In this document: positions 20,202 to 30,840 of the stretch, one piece after another
Layout of the letters: each line of letters begins with the position of its first letter
How positions within the stretch are numbered: the first letter of the stretch is position 1
Source: Silicimonas sp.
Lineage (GTDB): Bacteria > Pseudomonadota > Alphaproteobacteria > Rhodobacterales > Rhodobacteraceae
DNA: 64,000 bases
Direction: 5' to 3'
Assembly: GCA_022820365.1 (NCBI GenBank)
Contig: JAJEFO010000115.1
Location: 4,634-68,633, forward strand
Translations under genes and position numbers: made by a program
The notes under the pieces: generated by a model
Told to the model about the DNA's origin: nothing
Databases searched by the model: none
The model's input: the letters and a program-made list of their open reading frames with translations, nothing else

Positions 20202-20620
20202 GTGTCATACCTGCCAAGTGCTTGAGCGAACGTTCGTGATGCATTGGAGAAGTTCCAGCTTTCGATCATCGAAACTTCTCCTTTCCTATTCCCATGCAGC
20301 AATCATCTGTAGGCAAACCCGTTCAAGAAAGCAAAAGATGGGACTTTCCGTGTCCAAGACATGCGGACATTTTGTGCCCAGCTACATTCGAGACGCAGGG
20401 CGGCTTTCGCCTTGATCGATATTTTAGCCGCCCAACGTCGCTATGCCATGCACAACGTCATGCTGCGAAAGCGGAACAGCGTAGGGCGTCAGCCCTTTGT
20501 TGCAAGTCCCAAAGCAATCTGGCCCGGCGTCTCCGCCATTGAGCGACTATGCGCCGAAGCTCTCGTAACGGCGAAACGCCGGATTGAAGCTTGGACCACT
20601 GGGTCCTGAACATGCAATGC

Positions 20621-20654
20621 GGGTTCGGGGCACGGTTTGCCCGAGACCGAACCC
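20621..20654 (-). terminator. Stem-loop downstream of the dsbB-like gene
   Basis: GGGTTCGG..GGCA(loop)TGCC..CCGAACCC gives an 8-bp outer stem plus a 4-bp inner stem, starting 19 nt past the stop. There is no clear U-tract. Confidence 0.35.
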
Positions 20655-20672
20655 TTGAAGGCTTGCCGTTGA

Positions 20673-21137
20673 TCAGGCAGTTCGGATCGCCCGAATCCAG
20701 ATGCAAGCAAGTCCCAGCGACAGAATTGCGTTCCAACTGGCCATGGACAGTCCAGCGAAGGCCCAGGCTACCTCGTCGCACATGACGATTCCGCTTGGAC
20801 CATCAAGGGAGAGGAGTTGATTGCCGGAAAGGCCGGCGAGATCGTCTCCGCTCCCGGTGCAGGACGCAGGTCCGTCCCACAGGCCGCGTTCGATCCCTGT
20901 GTGATAGACTCCGATTCCGGCGGTCACGAAGGTGGAGAGGACGCCGACCAGTCCGAGAAGCATGGCGGGCCCGAGGAGCAGAATCAGCGCGCCTGCAGCA
21001 ACTGCCACGCCGTGCGGCCAGCGCTGCCAGATGCAAATCTCGCAGGGTGCATAGCCAAGCATCTGGAATGCGAAGGCGCCTGCCAATAGAGCAAGCGACC
21101 CTGAAGCGGCAAAGAGCATGGTGTCGCGTCGAGTCAC
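20673..21137 (-). CDS. dsbB: Disulfide bond formation protein B family
   Basis: A four-TM protein with the CxxC motif in APCEICIWQRWPH. Its GTG start overlaps the upstream stop (GTGA). Confidence 0.75.
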   Translation of the reverse strand: MTRRDTMLFAASGSLALLAGAFAFQMLGYAPCEICIWQRWPHGVAVAAGALILLLGPAMLLGLVGVLSTFVTAGIGVYHTGIERGLWDGPASCTGSGDDLAGLSGNQLLSLDGPSGIVMCDEVAWAFAGLSMASWNAILSLGLACIWIRAIRTA

Positions 21138-21712
21138 AGGTACCTCACGATCGCGAAGCCTCCGATCAGCAGTGCGACGAAGGCGGTGAACAGAAGACCG
21201 AGATACTCTTCAATAAATCTGCGCATTGGCGCTCCAAATTTCCAGAGAAGCGCGGCCACGATGAAGAACCGGAGACCGCGCGCGACAATCGAGGATGCCA
21301 CGAAGACGGGCAGGGACAAGCCCGTCCACCCTGACATGATCGTGATGACCTTGTACGGAAACGGCGTCATGCCTGCAATGAGCACGGCCCATGCGCCATG
21401 CTGGTTGAACCGGACGTTGAAGCTCTCGGCAGCCGTTGCTTGCCCGTAGAATTCGAAGACGGCAAGTCCCACGGTGTCATAAAGGGCAGCGCCGATGAAG
21501 TAGCCGAAGAGGCCGCCGAGCACCGATGCCAACGTGCACACGCCTGCGATCAGGAAAGCGCGCGACGGCGTTGCAAGAATCATCGGTATCATCAGGACAT
21601 CGGGCGGAACCGGGAAGATCGAGCTTTCGGCGAAGGCCACGATGGCCAGCACACCCAGCGCCCGAGGATGCCCGGCAAGGCTCAGTGTCCAGTCATACAC
21701 GCGGCGGATCAT
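21134..21712 (-). CDS. DedA/YqaA-family membrane protein
   Basis: MIRRVYDWTLSLAGHP..AFAESSIFPVPPDVLMIPM is the SNARE-associated/DedA pattern. The start is placed at ATG 21712. The ORF-track extension to 21877 overlaps the MFS gene. Confidence 0.75.
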   Translation of the reverse strand: MIRRVYDWTLSLAGHPRALGVLAIVAFAESSIFPVPPDVLMIPMILATPSRAFLIAGVCTLASVLGGLFGYFIGAALYDTVGLAVFEFYGQATAAESFNVRFNQHGAWAVLIAGMTPFPYKVITIMSGWTGLSLPVFVASSIVARGLRFFIVAALLWKFGAPMRRFIEEYLGLLFTAFVALLIGGFAIVRYL

Positions 21713-21792
21713 GGTCACGGTAGGCTCCGAGAGAGATGTACTGCCGTCAAGGGCATCCCGTTCTGGCACCCAGCATCGCACGGGAACTCCTG

Positions 21793-23013
21793 TCAGTGCG
21801 CATGTGCCCTGGCGAGACGGTGCCGGCCGACTCGGCTTAGCAGCAGAAGCGCGATTCCGACATTGAGTGCGTTCCACGCGATGCCATTCCAGATTGCAAG
21901 CGCGTAATTTCCGCTCTGGTCATAGAGCCAGCCTGACATCCAGGCTCCTAGGGCCATACCGGTGATCGTCGCGCCAATGACAATCCCGATGCGTCTTCCG
22001 GCCTCGAGGGGAGGCATGAATTCCCGCACCGTGATTGCGTAGCTCGGCACGATGCCGCCCTGGGACAGGCCGAAGACAAGGGCGATCAGGTAGAGAGAGG
22101 CAAGACCGCCCTGGATCAGGAACAGGCACAAGGCGATCATCTGCAATGTGCCGCCGACCAAGAGAGTCATCAACCCGCCGAAACGATCCGAGAATGCTCC
22201 AAATCCAAGTCGAGAAACTACTCCGCCAGCAAGCATCAGGCTCAGCATCTCTGCGCCGGCCTGCGGACCGAAGCCGCGGTCAATGCAGAGTGCGACGATA
22301 TGGACCTGTGGCATCGACATGGCCACGCAGCACCCGATTCCAGCGAGCGCAAGAAGCGCTTGAAGGGCCCTTGGCGAAAGCGCAATCGACTGTGCCCGCG
22401 CCGCCGCGTTCGCAGTGGCGTACGCAGTCGAGGACGCATCAATGCGCCTGCGCAGAAGCAATGACCCGGGCAACAGGACCGTGATGGCCAGACCTGCCAA
22501 TGCGAGATAGGCGCCGCGCCATCCGTGATCGATCATTATCGCCGCGATGAGCGGCGGCCAGACGGTTCCGGCAAGGTAGTTGCCGCTTGCGACAACGGCC
22601 ACTGCGATGCCGCGGCGGCGGAGAAACCATTGCGAGGCATCCGCGATCAGCGGTGCAAAGCTCGCCGCCGCACCGACGCCGAGAAGCAGGTGGAGAAGGG
22701 CGATCGGCAGGATGGACGATGCTAAAGCGCAAAGCGCGAACCCGGAGAAGAGAAAAAGCGCGGAAACGGCGAGCACGGGAGTGATGCCCCAGCGGTCCAC
22801 GGCGCGTCCCATAAGGAAATTTCCCGCAGCGAACCCAAACATGGTCAGGACATACGGCACGGAGGCCGTCGCCCGGCTGGCGCCGAATTCGGCCTGCATA
22901 TCCGGCAATACGACGACAGTCGCCCACATTCCGATGCTGCCGACGATGGAAAGGCCCAGGCTCATTGCGAGCCTGAGCCAGGAATACGCGCTGTCGTGCT
23001 GCGGCGTGCTCAT
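21793..23013 (-). CDS. MFS transporter (oxalate/formate antiporter-like)
   Basis: 406 aa with about 12 predicted TM segments and MFS loop motifs (GRAVDRWG). Confidence 0.8.
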   Translation of the reverse strand: MSTPQHDSAYSWLRLAMSLGLSIVGSIGMWATVVVLPDMQAEFGASRATASVPYVLTMFGFAAGNFLMGRAVDRWGITPVLAVSALFLFSGFALCALASSILPIALLHLLLGVGAAASFAPLIADASQWFLRRRGIAVAVVASGNYLAGTVWPPLIAAIMIDHGWRGAYLALAGLAITVLLPGSLLLRRRIDASSTAYATANAAARAQSIALSPRALQALLALAGIGCCVAMSMPQVHIVALCIDRGFGPQAGAEMLSLMLAGGVVSRLGFGAFSDRFGGLMTLLVGGTLQMIALCLFLIQGGLASLYLIALVFGLSQGGIVPSYAITVREFMPPLEAGRRIGIVIGATITGMALGAWMSGWLYDQSGNYALAIWNGIAWNALNVGIALLLLSRVGRHRLARAHAH

Positions 23014-23155
23014 GCCGCGACGCTACGGTGAGGAATCGCCAACGTCCATTGGAAATGCCCTTGGCCGGGCAGGGGTCCGCCACGCCGCAAATGGTTCGCA
23101 GAACGGCGTTCGGGGATTCGGCGCCATGACCGAATCCGTGCCGACCGTGCCTGCC

Positions 23156-24160
23156 TCAAACCGCCAGCCGGGTGGCCTGCGCTCCGCGTTCGCGATAGGG
23201 CGTGATGCTGTATTGGGCTCTGTAGCACTTCGAAAAATGCGACGGTGACGCGAACCCGCAGGCAAGGGCCACGTTTATGACGCTCATGTCCGTTTGCATC
23301 AGAAGGTTGCGGGCTTTCTGGAGACGCAGTTCCATGTAGTAGCGCTTTGGGCTTCGGTTCAGATAGCGACGGAAAAGCCTTTCCAGTTGCCGGGTCGACA
23401 TGCCGACCTCCTTTGCGAGCAGCGAAGGGCTTTGGGGTTCCTCAATGTTGTTCTCCATCATCTGGATGACCGAAGAGAGCTTCGGATGCCTGACGCCAAT
23501 CCGGGTAGGCACGGAAAGTCGCTGGGTGTCCTGGTCTGTGCGGACCGTCGTGTAAATCAGTTGATCGGCAACGGCACTGGCGAGCTCCTCGCCGTGGTCG
23601 TCGGCGATGAACTTGAGCATGAGATCGATCGAGGCTGTGCCGCCGGCAGTCGTGAAGTATCTGCCGTCCAGGACGAAGACCGACTTGGTGAGCGTCACGT
23701 CGTCAAATTCCTCCTGGAAGCTGTCCTGGTTTTCCCAGTGAATCGTGGCTCGCTTGCCGGAAAGAAGTCCAGCCTTGGCCAAGGAATAGCTCGCGGTGCA
23801 GAGACCTCCCATGGAAACCCCGCGACGGGATTCGCGCCGGACCCAGTTTAGGAGCGCCTTGGTAGTCGCCGCTGCCACGCTGATTCCGCCACAGAGCACA
23901 ACCGTTTCGTCGCGCGCAACCTCTCCGAGGTCGCCATCGAGCGCGAAAGCTGTTCCGGCGGAGCAGGTAACGGACACGCCCCCTTCACCTATCGTCCTCC
24001 ATTCGTACAGCGTCCGGCCGGCCATGCGATTTGCGATGCGAAGGCTCTCGACCGCACACGCATAACAGAGAAGCGTGAACTGGTTGAGCAGCACGAAGAC
24101 AAAGCGCCGCGGCGAGTTCGAGGCCTCTACGTCGACAGTCTGAACCGAAGTATCGCCCAT
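23156..24160 (-). CDS. GlxA-type AraC-family regulator (DJ-1/PfpI-like domain + AraC HTH)
   Basis: C-terminal AraC HTH ..LAKEVGMSTRQLERLFRRYL..ALACGFASPSHFSKCYRAQY. The N-terminal domain is amidotransferase-like. The start is placed at ATG 24160. Confidence 0.8.
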   Translation of the reverse strand: MGDTSVQTVDVEASNSPRRFVFVLLNQFTLLCYACAVESLRIANRMAGRTLYEWRTIGEGGVSVTCSAGTAFALDGDLGEVARDETVVLCGGISVAAATTKALLNWVRRESRRGVSMGGLCTASYSLAKAGLLSGKRATIHWENQDSFQEEFDDVTLTKSVFVLDGRYFTTAGGTASIDLMLKFIADDHGEELASAVADQLIYTTVRTDQDTQRLSVPTRIGVRHPKLSSVIQMMENNIEEPQSPSLLAKEVGMSTRQLERLFRRYLNRSPKRYYMELRLQKARNLLMQTDMSVINVALACGFASPSHFSKCYRAQYSITPYRERGAQATRLAV

Positions 24161-24322
24161 GTCTGTCCCTTTCGGGCTGGAACGCATGGCTCAGACGGAC
24201 CACGAATCGGCACGTTTGGCAAGAATCAAGCTATCAGAATTTTGTGTCGTGGCGGTTTCCTTCCAGGTGTCCCGGCGGTATAGATGCCGTCCCCGACCTA
24301 GCGGAACCTTGAGGACCCAGAA

Positions 24323-25693
24323 ATGAACGACTGGCAAAAGACCGGGTGGAGATCGAAGCCCAGGGTGCAGATGCCGGATTATCCGGATGACGTCCGACTG
24401 AAGGCTGTCGAGGAGCAGCTTGCAAAGTATCCGCCGCTTGTCTTCGCCGGAGAGGCACGGACCCTGAGGCGCCAGCTCGCGGCCGTGTCGCGCGGAGAGG
24501 GCTTCTTGCTGCAGGGCGGAGATTGCGCTGAGAGCTTTTCGGAGTTCTCGGCTGACAACATCCGGGACACGTTCAAGGTGCTTCTCCAGATGGCAATCGT
24601 GCTCACCTACGGCGCAAAGGTCCCGGTTGTGAAGGTGGGCCGAATGGCCGGACAGTTTGCAAAGCCGCGCTCGGCGCCGACCGAGTCCGTGGACGGCGTG
24701 GATTTGCCGTCCTATCGCGGCGACATCATCAACGAACTTGAATTCACCGAGACCGCCCGTACGCCTGCGCCGGAGAAGATGCTTCAGGCTTACACACAGG
24801 CGGCCGCCACGTTGAACCTGTTGCGGGCATTTTCTACTGGCGGCTTTGCGGACGTTCACCACGTGCATTCATGGACGCTTGGCTTCACTGATCGGGACGA
24901 GGCGCAGAAGTACCGCGACATCGCAAACCGAATCCAGGACACGCTGGACTTCATGGCCGCTGCCGGCCTGACGTCAGACAATGCCCGCGAACTGGATACG
25001 GTGGATTTTTTCACCAGCCACGAGGCGCTGTTGCTCGAATACGAAGAGGCACTTTGCCGAATCGATTCAACGACCGGCCTGCCGCTGGCTGGATCCGGTC
25101 ACATGATCTGGATCGGCGACCGAACGCGGCAGCCCGACGGAGCCCACGTGGAATTTGCGCGAGGCGTTCAGAACCCGATCGGACTCAAGTGCGGTCCATC
25201 GATGAAGGCGGACGATCTGAAGAGCCTCATGGCAAGATTGAACCCTGAGAATGAGCAGGGACGCCTGACGCTCATTGGGCGCTTCGGGGCGGACAATGTC
25301 GGCGCTCACCTGCCGCGTCTCATCAAGGCAGTGAAACAGGAGGGCGCTGAAGTCGTCTGGTCCAGCGACCCGATGCACGGAAACACCATCAAGTCTTCGA
25401 CCGGATACAAGACTCGTCCGTTCGATGCGGTCTTGCGCGAAGTGAGGGAGTTTTTCCAGATCCATGCATCTGAGGGAACTATTCCGGGCGGAGTTCACTT
25501 CGAAATGACCGGGCAGGACGTGACCGAGTGCACTGGCGGCGTACGCGCGGTATCGGAACAGGATCTGTCCGATCGATATCACACGGCCTGTGACCCGCGT
25601 CTCAATGCAAGCCAGGCGCTCGAACTGGCCTTCCTTGTGGCCGAGGAACTTTCTGCACGCCGGTCAAGCACCGACAGCGCTGCCGTTGTGTGA
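24323..25693 (+). CDS. Class II 3-deoxy-7-phosphoheptulonate (DAHP) synthase
   Basis: 456 aa, reading ..[33 protein letters not shown].., the plant-like class II pattern. Confidence 0.9.
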   Translation: MNDWQKTGWRSKPRVQMPDYPDDVRLKAVEEQLAKYPPLVFAGEARTLRRQLAAVSRGEGFLLQGGDCAESFSEFSADNIRDTFKVLLQMAIVLTYGAKVPVVKVGRMAGQFAKPRSAPTESVDGVDLPSYRGDIINELEFTETARTPAPEKMLQAYTQAAATLNLLRAFSTGGFADVHHVHSWTLGFTDRDEAQKYRDIANRIQDTLDFMAAAGLTSDNARELDTVDFFTSHEALLLEYEEALCRIDSTTGLPLAGSGHMIWIGDRTRQPDGAHVEFARGVQNPIGLKCGPSMKADDLKSLMARLNPENEQGRLTLIGRFGADNVGAHLPRLIKAVKQEGAEVVWSSDPMHGNTIKSSTGYKTRPFDAVLREVREFFQIHASEGTIPGGVHFEMTGQDVTECTGGVRAVSEQDLSDRYHTACDPRLNASQALELAFLVAEELSARRSSTDSAAVV

Positions 25694-26091
25694 GAGTCTC
25701 GACAGCGTGCGTGCGAGATGCCGTCGGTCCCGGGCCGGAGACACTCGCCTTGGAGGTCTTCGGTGGCGGACCGCTCTCCGGATGCCATGCTGCGTGCGCT
25801 TGCGCGGGATCGAACGGGCGTCTCTCGAATCGGCGATCGTCCGCAGCGCAGAAAATGCGCGCAAGACCGTCATCAAGGTTGGGCCAGAACACTTGCGTCG
25901 CGAATTTTCTAGGTGCCAGGAGACGGCGCAGGGTTCATTGCCTGCCTTGAAGCATGGCGATGCCGACTGCTGTTTTGTGCCGGGTCGGCGCGTCAATGCG
26001 CCAGCGACCGTACTGAACAGCGCTTGGGCGGCCCTGACGCCATCAAGACCTTCGTCGGAAGGATCTGACGCAGAATTGAGAGCGGCCTGAC

Positions 26092-26754
26092 ATGCGTCAA
26101 GCCCAGGATACAGGCCCCAAACGCCTTGGACTTCTCATCATTCTTTCGTCGCCGTCGGGTGCGGGCAAGTCGACCTTGGCCCGGCGGTTGCTTGAGTGGG
26201 ACGCGGAAATCCAGTTTTCGGTTTCGGCCACCACGCGAAAGCCACGACCCGGCGAGGCCGAAGGCGTGGACTACTCCTTCCTGAGCGAAGACGAGTTCCA
26301 GCGCATGGTAGAAGACGGTCAGATGCTGGAACACGCGCATGTCTTCAACAACCGCTACGGATCGCCATGCGGCCCCGTGGAAAGGGCAATGGAGTCGGGA
26401 ATTGACGTCCTGTTCGACATTGACTGGCAGGGCGCACAGCAAATCACGCGCTCCCAGCTTGCACGCTTTGTCCTGTCGATCTTTCTCCTGCCGCCGTCCA
26501 TTGACGAGCTTCGCAGCAGGTTGGAAAGCCGCGGACAGGACAGCGCAGATGTCATCGCGCAGCGGATGGGGAACAGCTGGGACGAAATCAGCCATTGGTC
26601 CGACTATGACTATGTCTTGGTCAATGACGATCTCGACAAGACGGGAGAACGACTCAAGAACATCGTTATGGCGGAACGTCTTCGACGTGTGCAACAACCG
26701 GGACTCGCCGATCACGTGCGTCGGCTGCAGACCGAATTCGAGGCACGGAATTGA
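26092..26754 (+). CDS. gmk: Guanylate kinase
   Basis: P-loop [10 protein letters not shown] and [16 protein letters not shown]. Confidence 0.9.
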   Translation: MRQAQDTGPKRLGLLIILSSPSGAGKSTLARRLLEWDAEIQFSVSATTRKPRPGEAEGVDYSFLSEDEFQRMVEDGQMLEHAHVFNNRYGSPCGPVERAMESGIDVLFDIDWQGAQQITRSQLARFVLSIFLLPPSIDELRSRLESRGQDSADVIAQRMGNSWDEISHWSDYDYVLVNDDLDKTGERLKNIVMAERLRRVQQPGLADHVRRLQTEFEARN

Positions 26755-27284
26755 CCGTGTATTCCCTCGGCGTCCGGCATCCGTCCCTGCCGGACGATGA
26801 CGATTTCTGGATCGCGCCGGATGCAAATGTCATTGGCGACGTTCGGATTGGCCGGAAGTGCTCAATCTGGTTCTCGACCACGCTTCGGGGTGACAGCGAA
26901 CCGATCGTGATAGGCGCGGGTTCAAACGTGCAGGAAAATACGGTGATCCATACGGATCCGGGCTTTCCTTGCTTGATCGGTGCAAACGTCACGGTCGGCC
27001 ACAAGGCCATGCTTCACGGCTGCACGATCAGGGACAATGCCTTGGTGGGAATGGGCGCGACGATTCTCAACGGCGCGGTGATCGGCACGAACTGTCTCAT
27101 CGGAGCGGGAACGCTTGTCCCCGAAGGCAAGGAGATACCGGACGGCTCGCTTGTCATTGGCATGCCGGGCAAGGTCGTGCGCCAGGTCGAGGAGCGACAC
27201 GTCGAGATGATTCGGGAGGCAGCCGAGCACTACCAGCGGCGTCAGCGGGAATACCGAGCGGGCCTGGCCGTGGTGGAACGCTGA
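26751..27284 (+). CDS. Gamma-carbonic-anhydrase-like hexapeptide-repeat protein (YrdA/PaaY family)
   Basis: Left-handed beta-helix repeats (IGDVRIG.., [29 protein letters not shown]). The start is TTG 26751 or GTG 26757, overlapping the gmk stop. Confidence 0.8.
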   Translation: MTVYSLGVRHPSLPDDDDFWIAPDANVIGDVRIGRKCSIWFSTTLRGDSEPIVIGAGSNVQENTVIHTDPGFPCLIGANVTVGHKAMLHGCTIRDNALVGMGATILNGAVIGTNCLIGAGTLVPEGKEIPDGSLVIGMPGKVVRQVEERHVEMIREAAEHYQRRQREYRAGLAVVER

Positions 27285-27533
27285 AGTTCAATTGCCGGAA
27301 TCCCGTGTTGCCGGGCGTCGTGTCCCTGGCTGGCCACGAGGTGCAAGAGCGATGCAACCAGATGCCAGCCTGGCTCAGGGGGCAGGGGACCTGACAGGCC
27401 CTTGGTCGCGAGAGACTCGACATGAGGCGGCGTGAGGCAGGCCGGGCAATGTTCCATAGCAGAAGCGTACCGGGTGGCGGCTTCAACCCTGATGTCGCAT
27501 GCGGTAACATGACGGGACAGGCACGAACGGGCC

Positions 27534-28601
27534 ATGGACATGTCGGACAGCATCGTCGAAGCGATTTCCATTCCCGGAATTCTGGTCGATCAGAGTGGCC
27601 GCATCAGTGAATCCAACGCGGCCGCACGGCGGCTATTCTCGGATCAGATCAACGGGCGCCACTACATTGCCGCATTGCGACAGCCATCGATTCTGGATGC
27701 GCTGGAACGGGCATTGGCGGCAGGCGAAACGACGTCGGCTCAGTTTCTTGCTGCGGACGAGCGCGGTGACGTCGCATTCGAAGCGACCTGCACTCCCGTT
27801 GGCGACACGGGGCACGTGCTGGCTTGCTTCGAGGATCGCACCGCGATGGAAGAAGCAGGGCAGATGCGGCGAGATTTCGTGGCAAATGTCAGTCACGAAC
27901 TCCGGACACCGCTGACATCGCTCGTCGGGTTCATCGAAACCCTGCGCGGGACCGCGCGCGACGACGCGGCGGTGCGTGAGAGATTCCTCGGCATAATGGA
28001 GCGAGAGGCCAGTCGGATGAACCGGTTGGTCGCCGACCTCCTGTCGTTGAGTTGGGTCGAAGCGGAAGAACGGTTGCAGCCGACGGATCCGGTCCAACTC
28101 CCCGCCGTCGTTCACTCCGTCGTAAATGCGCTTGGACCGCTGGCAGCCGAGCACCATGTGCGAGTTAGTACTTCCGGCCTTGAATGCGAATTCAGCGTTC
28201 CAGGCGATGCCGATCAATTGGCTCAGGTGGCGACGAACCTGGTTGAGAACGCCATCAAGTATTCGGGGCCAGGTGCTGCCGTGGATGTTTCCGTGCAATT
28301 GACGGACGCACATCCGATGATTCAGGGCGATGCTGCACTCTTGGTCGTGTCTGATACCGGTGTCGGCATCGACGCCCTTCACGTTCCCCGATTGACCGAA
28401 CGGTTCTACCGGATCGACTCGCATCGGTCGCGCGAGATGGGTGGCACGGGGCTCGGGCTTGCGATCGTGAAGCACATCGTCAATCGACACCGGGGACGGC
28501 TTCGCATCGAAAGCGAGATGGGCAAGGGCAGTCGTTTTTTGGTTGTTCTGCCACGTGGCGTGGCGCACGCGCGTCACGAAAATTCGGACGAATTGTCATA
28601 A
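27534..28601 (+). CDS. phoR: Phosphate regulon sensor histidine kinase (PAS-HisKA-HATPase, no TM segment)
   Basis: H-box FVANVSHELRTPLTSL and G-box GGTGLGLAIVKHIV. The phoU-phoB genes lie downstream. Confidence 0.8.
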   Translation: MDMSDSIVEAISIPGILVDQSGRISESNAAARRLFSDQINGRHYIAALRQPSILDALERALAAGETTSAQFLAADERGDVAFEATCTPVGDTGHVLACFEDRTAMEEAGQMRRDFVANVSHELRTPLTSLVGFIETLRGTARDDAAVRERFLGIMEREASRMNRLVADLLSLSWVEAEERLQPTDPVQLPAVVHSVVNALGPLAAEHHVRVSTSGLECEFSVPGDADQLAQVATNLVENAIKYSGPGAAVDVSVQLTDAHPMIQGDAALLVVSDTGVGIDALHVPRLTERFYRIDSHRSREMGGTGLGLAIVKHIVNRHRGRLRIESEMGKGSRFLVVLPRGVAHARHENSDELS

Positions 28602-28701
28602 AACATTTATGGAGATGTAACAAAAGCGCAGACAGCGACACTTAGATGGCGGTCATCGGACTGAATGGTGCGGTCCAGGGTAACCAGGGGAAGGCTCTAT
28701 A

Positions 28702-29088
28702 TTGAACGCGAAAGTGACCGCCCCTGAAGCGGCGAGTCTCGCACTGTCATGGCGCGCCGCCAATACCCGAGACCAGGTTCATGTCGCGGGTTCGCCAAAG
28801 CTGATGCCATTTGCCTCGATCGGTTCCGAGACCCTTCCTGCCGAAGGTCGGGCCGTGCTCGTCTCTCAATTCAATTGCAGCCGCCCGTGTCGCGAAAACC
28901 ATCGACGAGTTGATGCGGAACTCTTCGATCGCTATCTTCACGGACTTGATTCAGCAGGCGGCCAAGGGAAGGCAGGAGACTGCCTTTGCCATCGCGTCGG
29001 ACACGTGGAGATTGGCGGCACTGGAAAGATGATAGCCGGACCCGAATGCCGCCGGGCGGACAGCGACATCATCGGCCGAAATGGATAG
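28702..29088 (+). pseudogene. pstB: Decayed 3' fragment of pstB (phosphate ABC transporter ATPase)
   Basis: PstB C-terminal motifs are recognisable but spread over frames. GPCSSLNSIAAARVAKTIDELM matches DEPCSALDPIAT.KIEELI. IFTDLIQQAAKGRQETAF matches IVTHNMQQAARVSD.TAF. GKMIAGPECRRADSDIIGRNG-stop matches ..IF.NP....T.DYITGRFG-stop. There is no Walker A and no intact frame. Confidence 0.6.
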
Positions 29089-29098
29089 GAGCACGGAA

Positions 29099-29809
29099 AT
29101 GAACGAGCAACACATTGCCTCCGCGTTCGACCGCGACCTTGAAGCGCTCCAAGGGATGTTGATGAAGATGGGTGGCTTGGTTGAAAGCGCGATCCTTGAC
29201 AGCGTCAAGTCGCTTGAGGTGCGTGACATCGAGCTGTCCAAGAAGGTCAGGGACGAGGACGCGGCAATCGATGAACTTGAGGAACAAATCAATGATGAAG
29301 CGACCCGCATAATTGCGCTTCGGGCACCCACGGCAGGCGATCTGAGAACCGTTCTGACAGTGATAAGGATCAGCGCCAATCTCGAGCGTTGCGGCGACTA
29401 TGCAAAGAACCTCGCCAAGCGAACGCAGGTGCTGGCGGAATCTCCGCGTGTCGAGGACGCGGATTTGTCGATCAAGCGAATTGCGCGCGAAGTGCAATTC
29501 ATGCTCAAGGACGTTTTGGACGCATTCATTCAGCGCGACGCCGATCTGGCAGAGCGGATCATCTTGCGCGACGAAGACGTGGATCAGTTTTACAGCTCGA
29601 TCTTTCGCGAGCTCTTGACTTACATGATGGAGGATCCACGCAACATCACGCCGTGCATGCATCTCCACTTCATCGCCAAGAACATGGAGAGGATCGGAGA
29701 TCACGTGACCAACATCGCGGAGCAGGTGGTTTACATGGCCACCGGCACGTTCCCCGATGATTCAAGACCGAAGAAGGATCGGACTCCCTACATCAACGAA
29801 GGATCCTGA
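29099..29809 (+). CDS. phoU: Phosphate signalling complex protein PhoU
   Basis: Two PhoU repeats. The start is placed at ATG 29099 (SD aggag 7 nt upstream), inside the pstB remnant tail. Confidence 0.9.
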   Translation: MNEQHIASAFDRDLEALQGMLMKMGGLVESAILDSVKSLEVRDIELSKKVRDEDAAIDELEEQINDEATRIIALRAPTAGDLRTVLTVIRISANLERCGDYAKNLAKRTQVLAESPRVEDADLSIKRIAREVQFMLKDVLDAFIQRDADLAERIILRDEDVDQFYSSIFRELLTYMMEDPRNITPCMHLHFIAKNMERIGDHVTNIAEQVVYMATGTFPDDSRPKKDRTPYINEGS

Positions 29810-29812
29810 GAA

Positions 29813-30502
29813 ATGCCGGCCAATCCGCCATGCGTACTGGTTGTCGAGGACGAGGCTGCCCAGCGCGAGGTCCTGGCGTACAATCTCCAGGCGGAAGGCT
29901 TCGAGGTCGCCAGGGCGGAAAGCGGTGACGATGCGCTCCTTCTGGTGGAGGAAGCGCCACCGGACGTGATCATTCTTGACTGGATGCTTCCTGGGGTCTC
30001 GGGCATCGAAATCTGTCGCCGCCTGAAGTCACGTGCCGAAACGCGGAATATTCCCGTCATCATGCTGACGGCGCGGTCGGAAGAGGGGGACCGTGTGCGC
30101 GGCCTGGAAATCGGCGCCGACGACTACGTTATCAAGCCATACTCCTTAGCTGAACTCATGGCGCGGGTCAGGACGCAGTTGCGGCGCACTCGTCCGACGA
30201 CGGTTGGCATGCGGCTGCAATTCGAGGACATCGTGCTTGATTCCGAGACGCACAAGGTCACGCGCGACAAGAAACCGATCAAGCTCGGTCCGACAGAGTT
30301 CCGCCTGCTGGCTACGTTCATGGACAGGCCAGGCAGGGTCTGGTCGCGAGAACAACTGCTCGATCGCGTCTGGGGCCGGGACATCTACGTGGACACGCGT
30401 ACGGTCGATGTCCACATCGGCCGGCTCCGCAAGGCGCTGTGCAAGCACGGAGGGAGCAATCCGGTTCGCACCGTGCGCAGCGCAGGCTACGCCTTGGGCT
30501 GA
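29813..30502 (+). CDS. phoB: Phosphate regulon response regulator (OmpR/PhoB family)
   Basis: Receiver domain VLVVEDE..ILDWMLPG..K, and a winged-helix output domain RTVDVHIGRLRKAL. Confidence 0.9.
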   Translation: MPANPPCVLVVEDEAAQREVLAYNLQAEGFEVARAESGDDALLLVEEAPPDVIILDWMLPGVSGIEICRRLKSRAETRNIPVIMLTARSEEGDRVRGLEIGADDYVIKPYSLAELMARVRTQLRRTRPTTVGMRLQFEDIVLDSETHKVTRDKKPIKLGPTEFRLLATFMDRPGRVWSREQLLDRVWGRDIYVDTRTVDVHIGRLRKALCKHGGSNPVRTVRSAGYALG

Positions 30503-30643
30503 CCAATTGGGCGCATAATAGGCATTATGTTAAATATTGTGCTTGCATGCGGCCGAATGCGGCGACTTTGGCTCGTGCAACGCCCCAAAAGACACTATTT
30601 ATATCAAATGATTACCTCCTGATGTTCAGGTAATTCTGTCGAA

Positions 30644-30840
30644 GTGACGGTTGGCGGGTATCTTCGGCAGCGCGAGCCGATCAGCCATACCGAACGCATT
30701 GACGGCCTGCCGGATGCGCCGAGCCAGCCTACGGCATCGCGCGCAATGACGCGGCTGGTCGAAAAGGGAATCGTTGCGCGCAAAGGAAAGACGAAGAACT
30801 CGCGCCTTGCATTGTCCGAGGGAGTCCAGCGTTTTGCCAC
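30644..30840 (+). pseudogene. Possible Crp/Fnr-type C-terminal HTH remnant
   Basis: EPISHTERIDGLPDAPSQPTASRAMTRLVEKGIVARKG resembles the Crp/Fnr pattern PMSRxDIADYLGLTxETVSRxLxRLExxGLI. There is no room for a cNMP-binding domain upstream (AT-rich non-coding DNA). The ORF runs on into the convergent tsf gene. Confidence 0.25.

Noticed and set aside
25694-26091. A 400-bp gap between the DAHP synthase gene and gmk, searched for a small gene or structured RNA
   Set aside because: Only Arg-rich junk ORFs appear on both strands, and I found no recognisable RNA motifs or strong hairpins. I left it unannotated.
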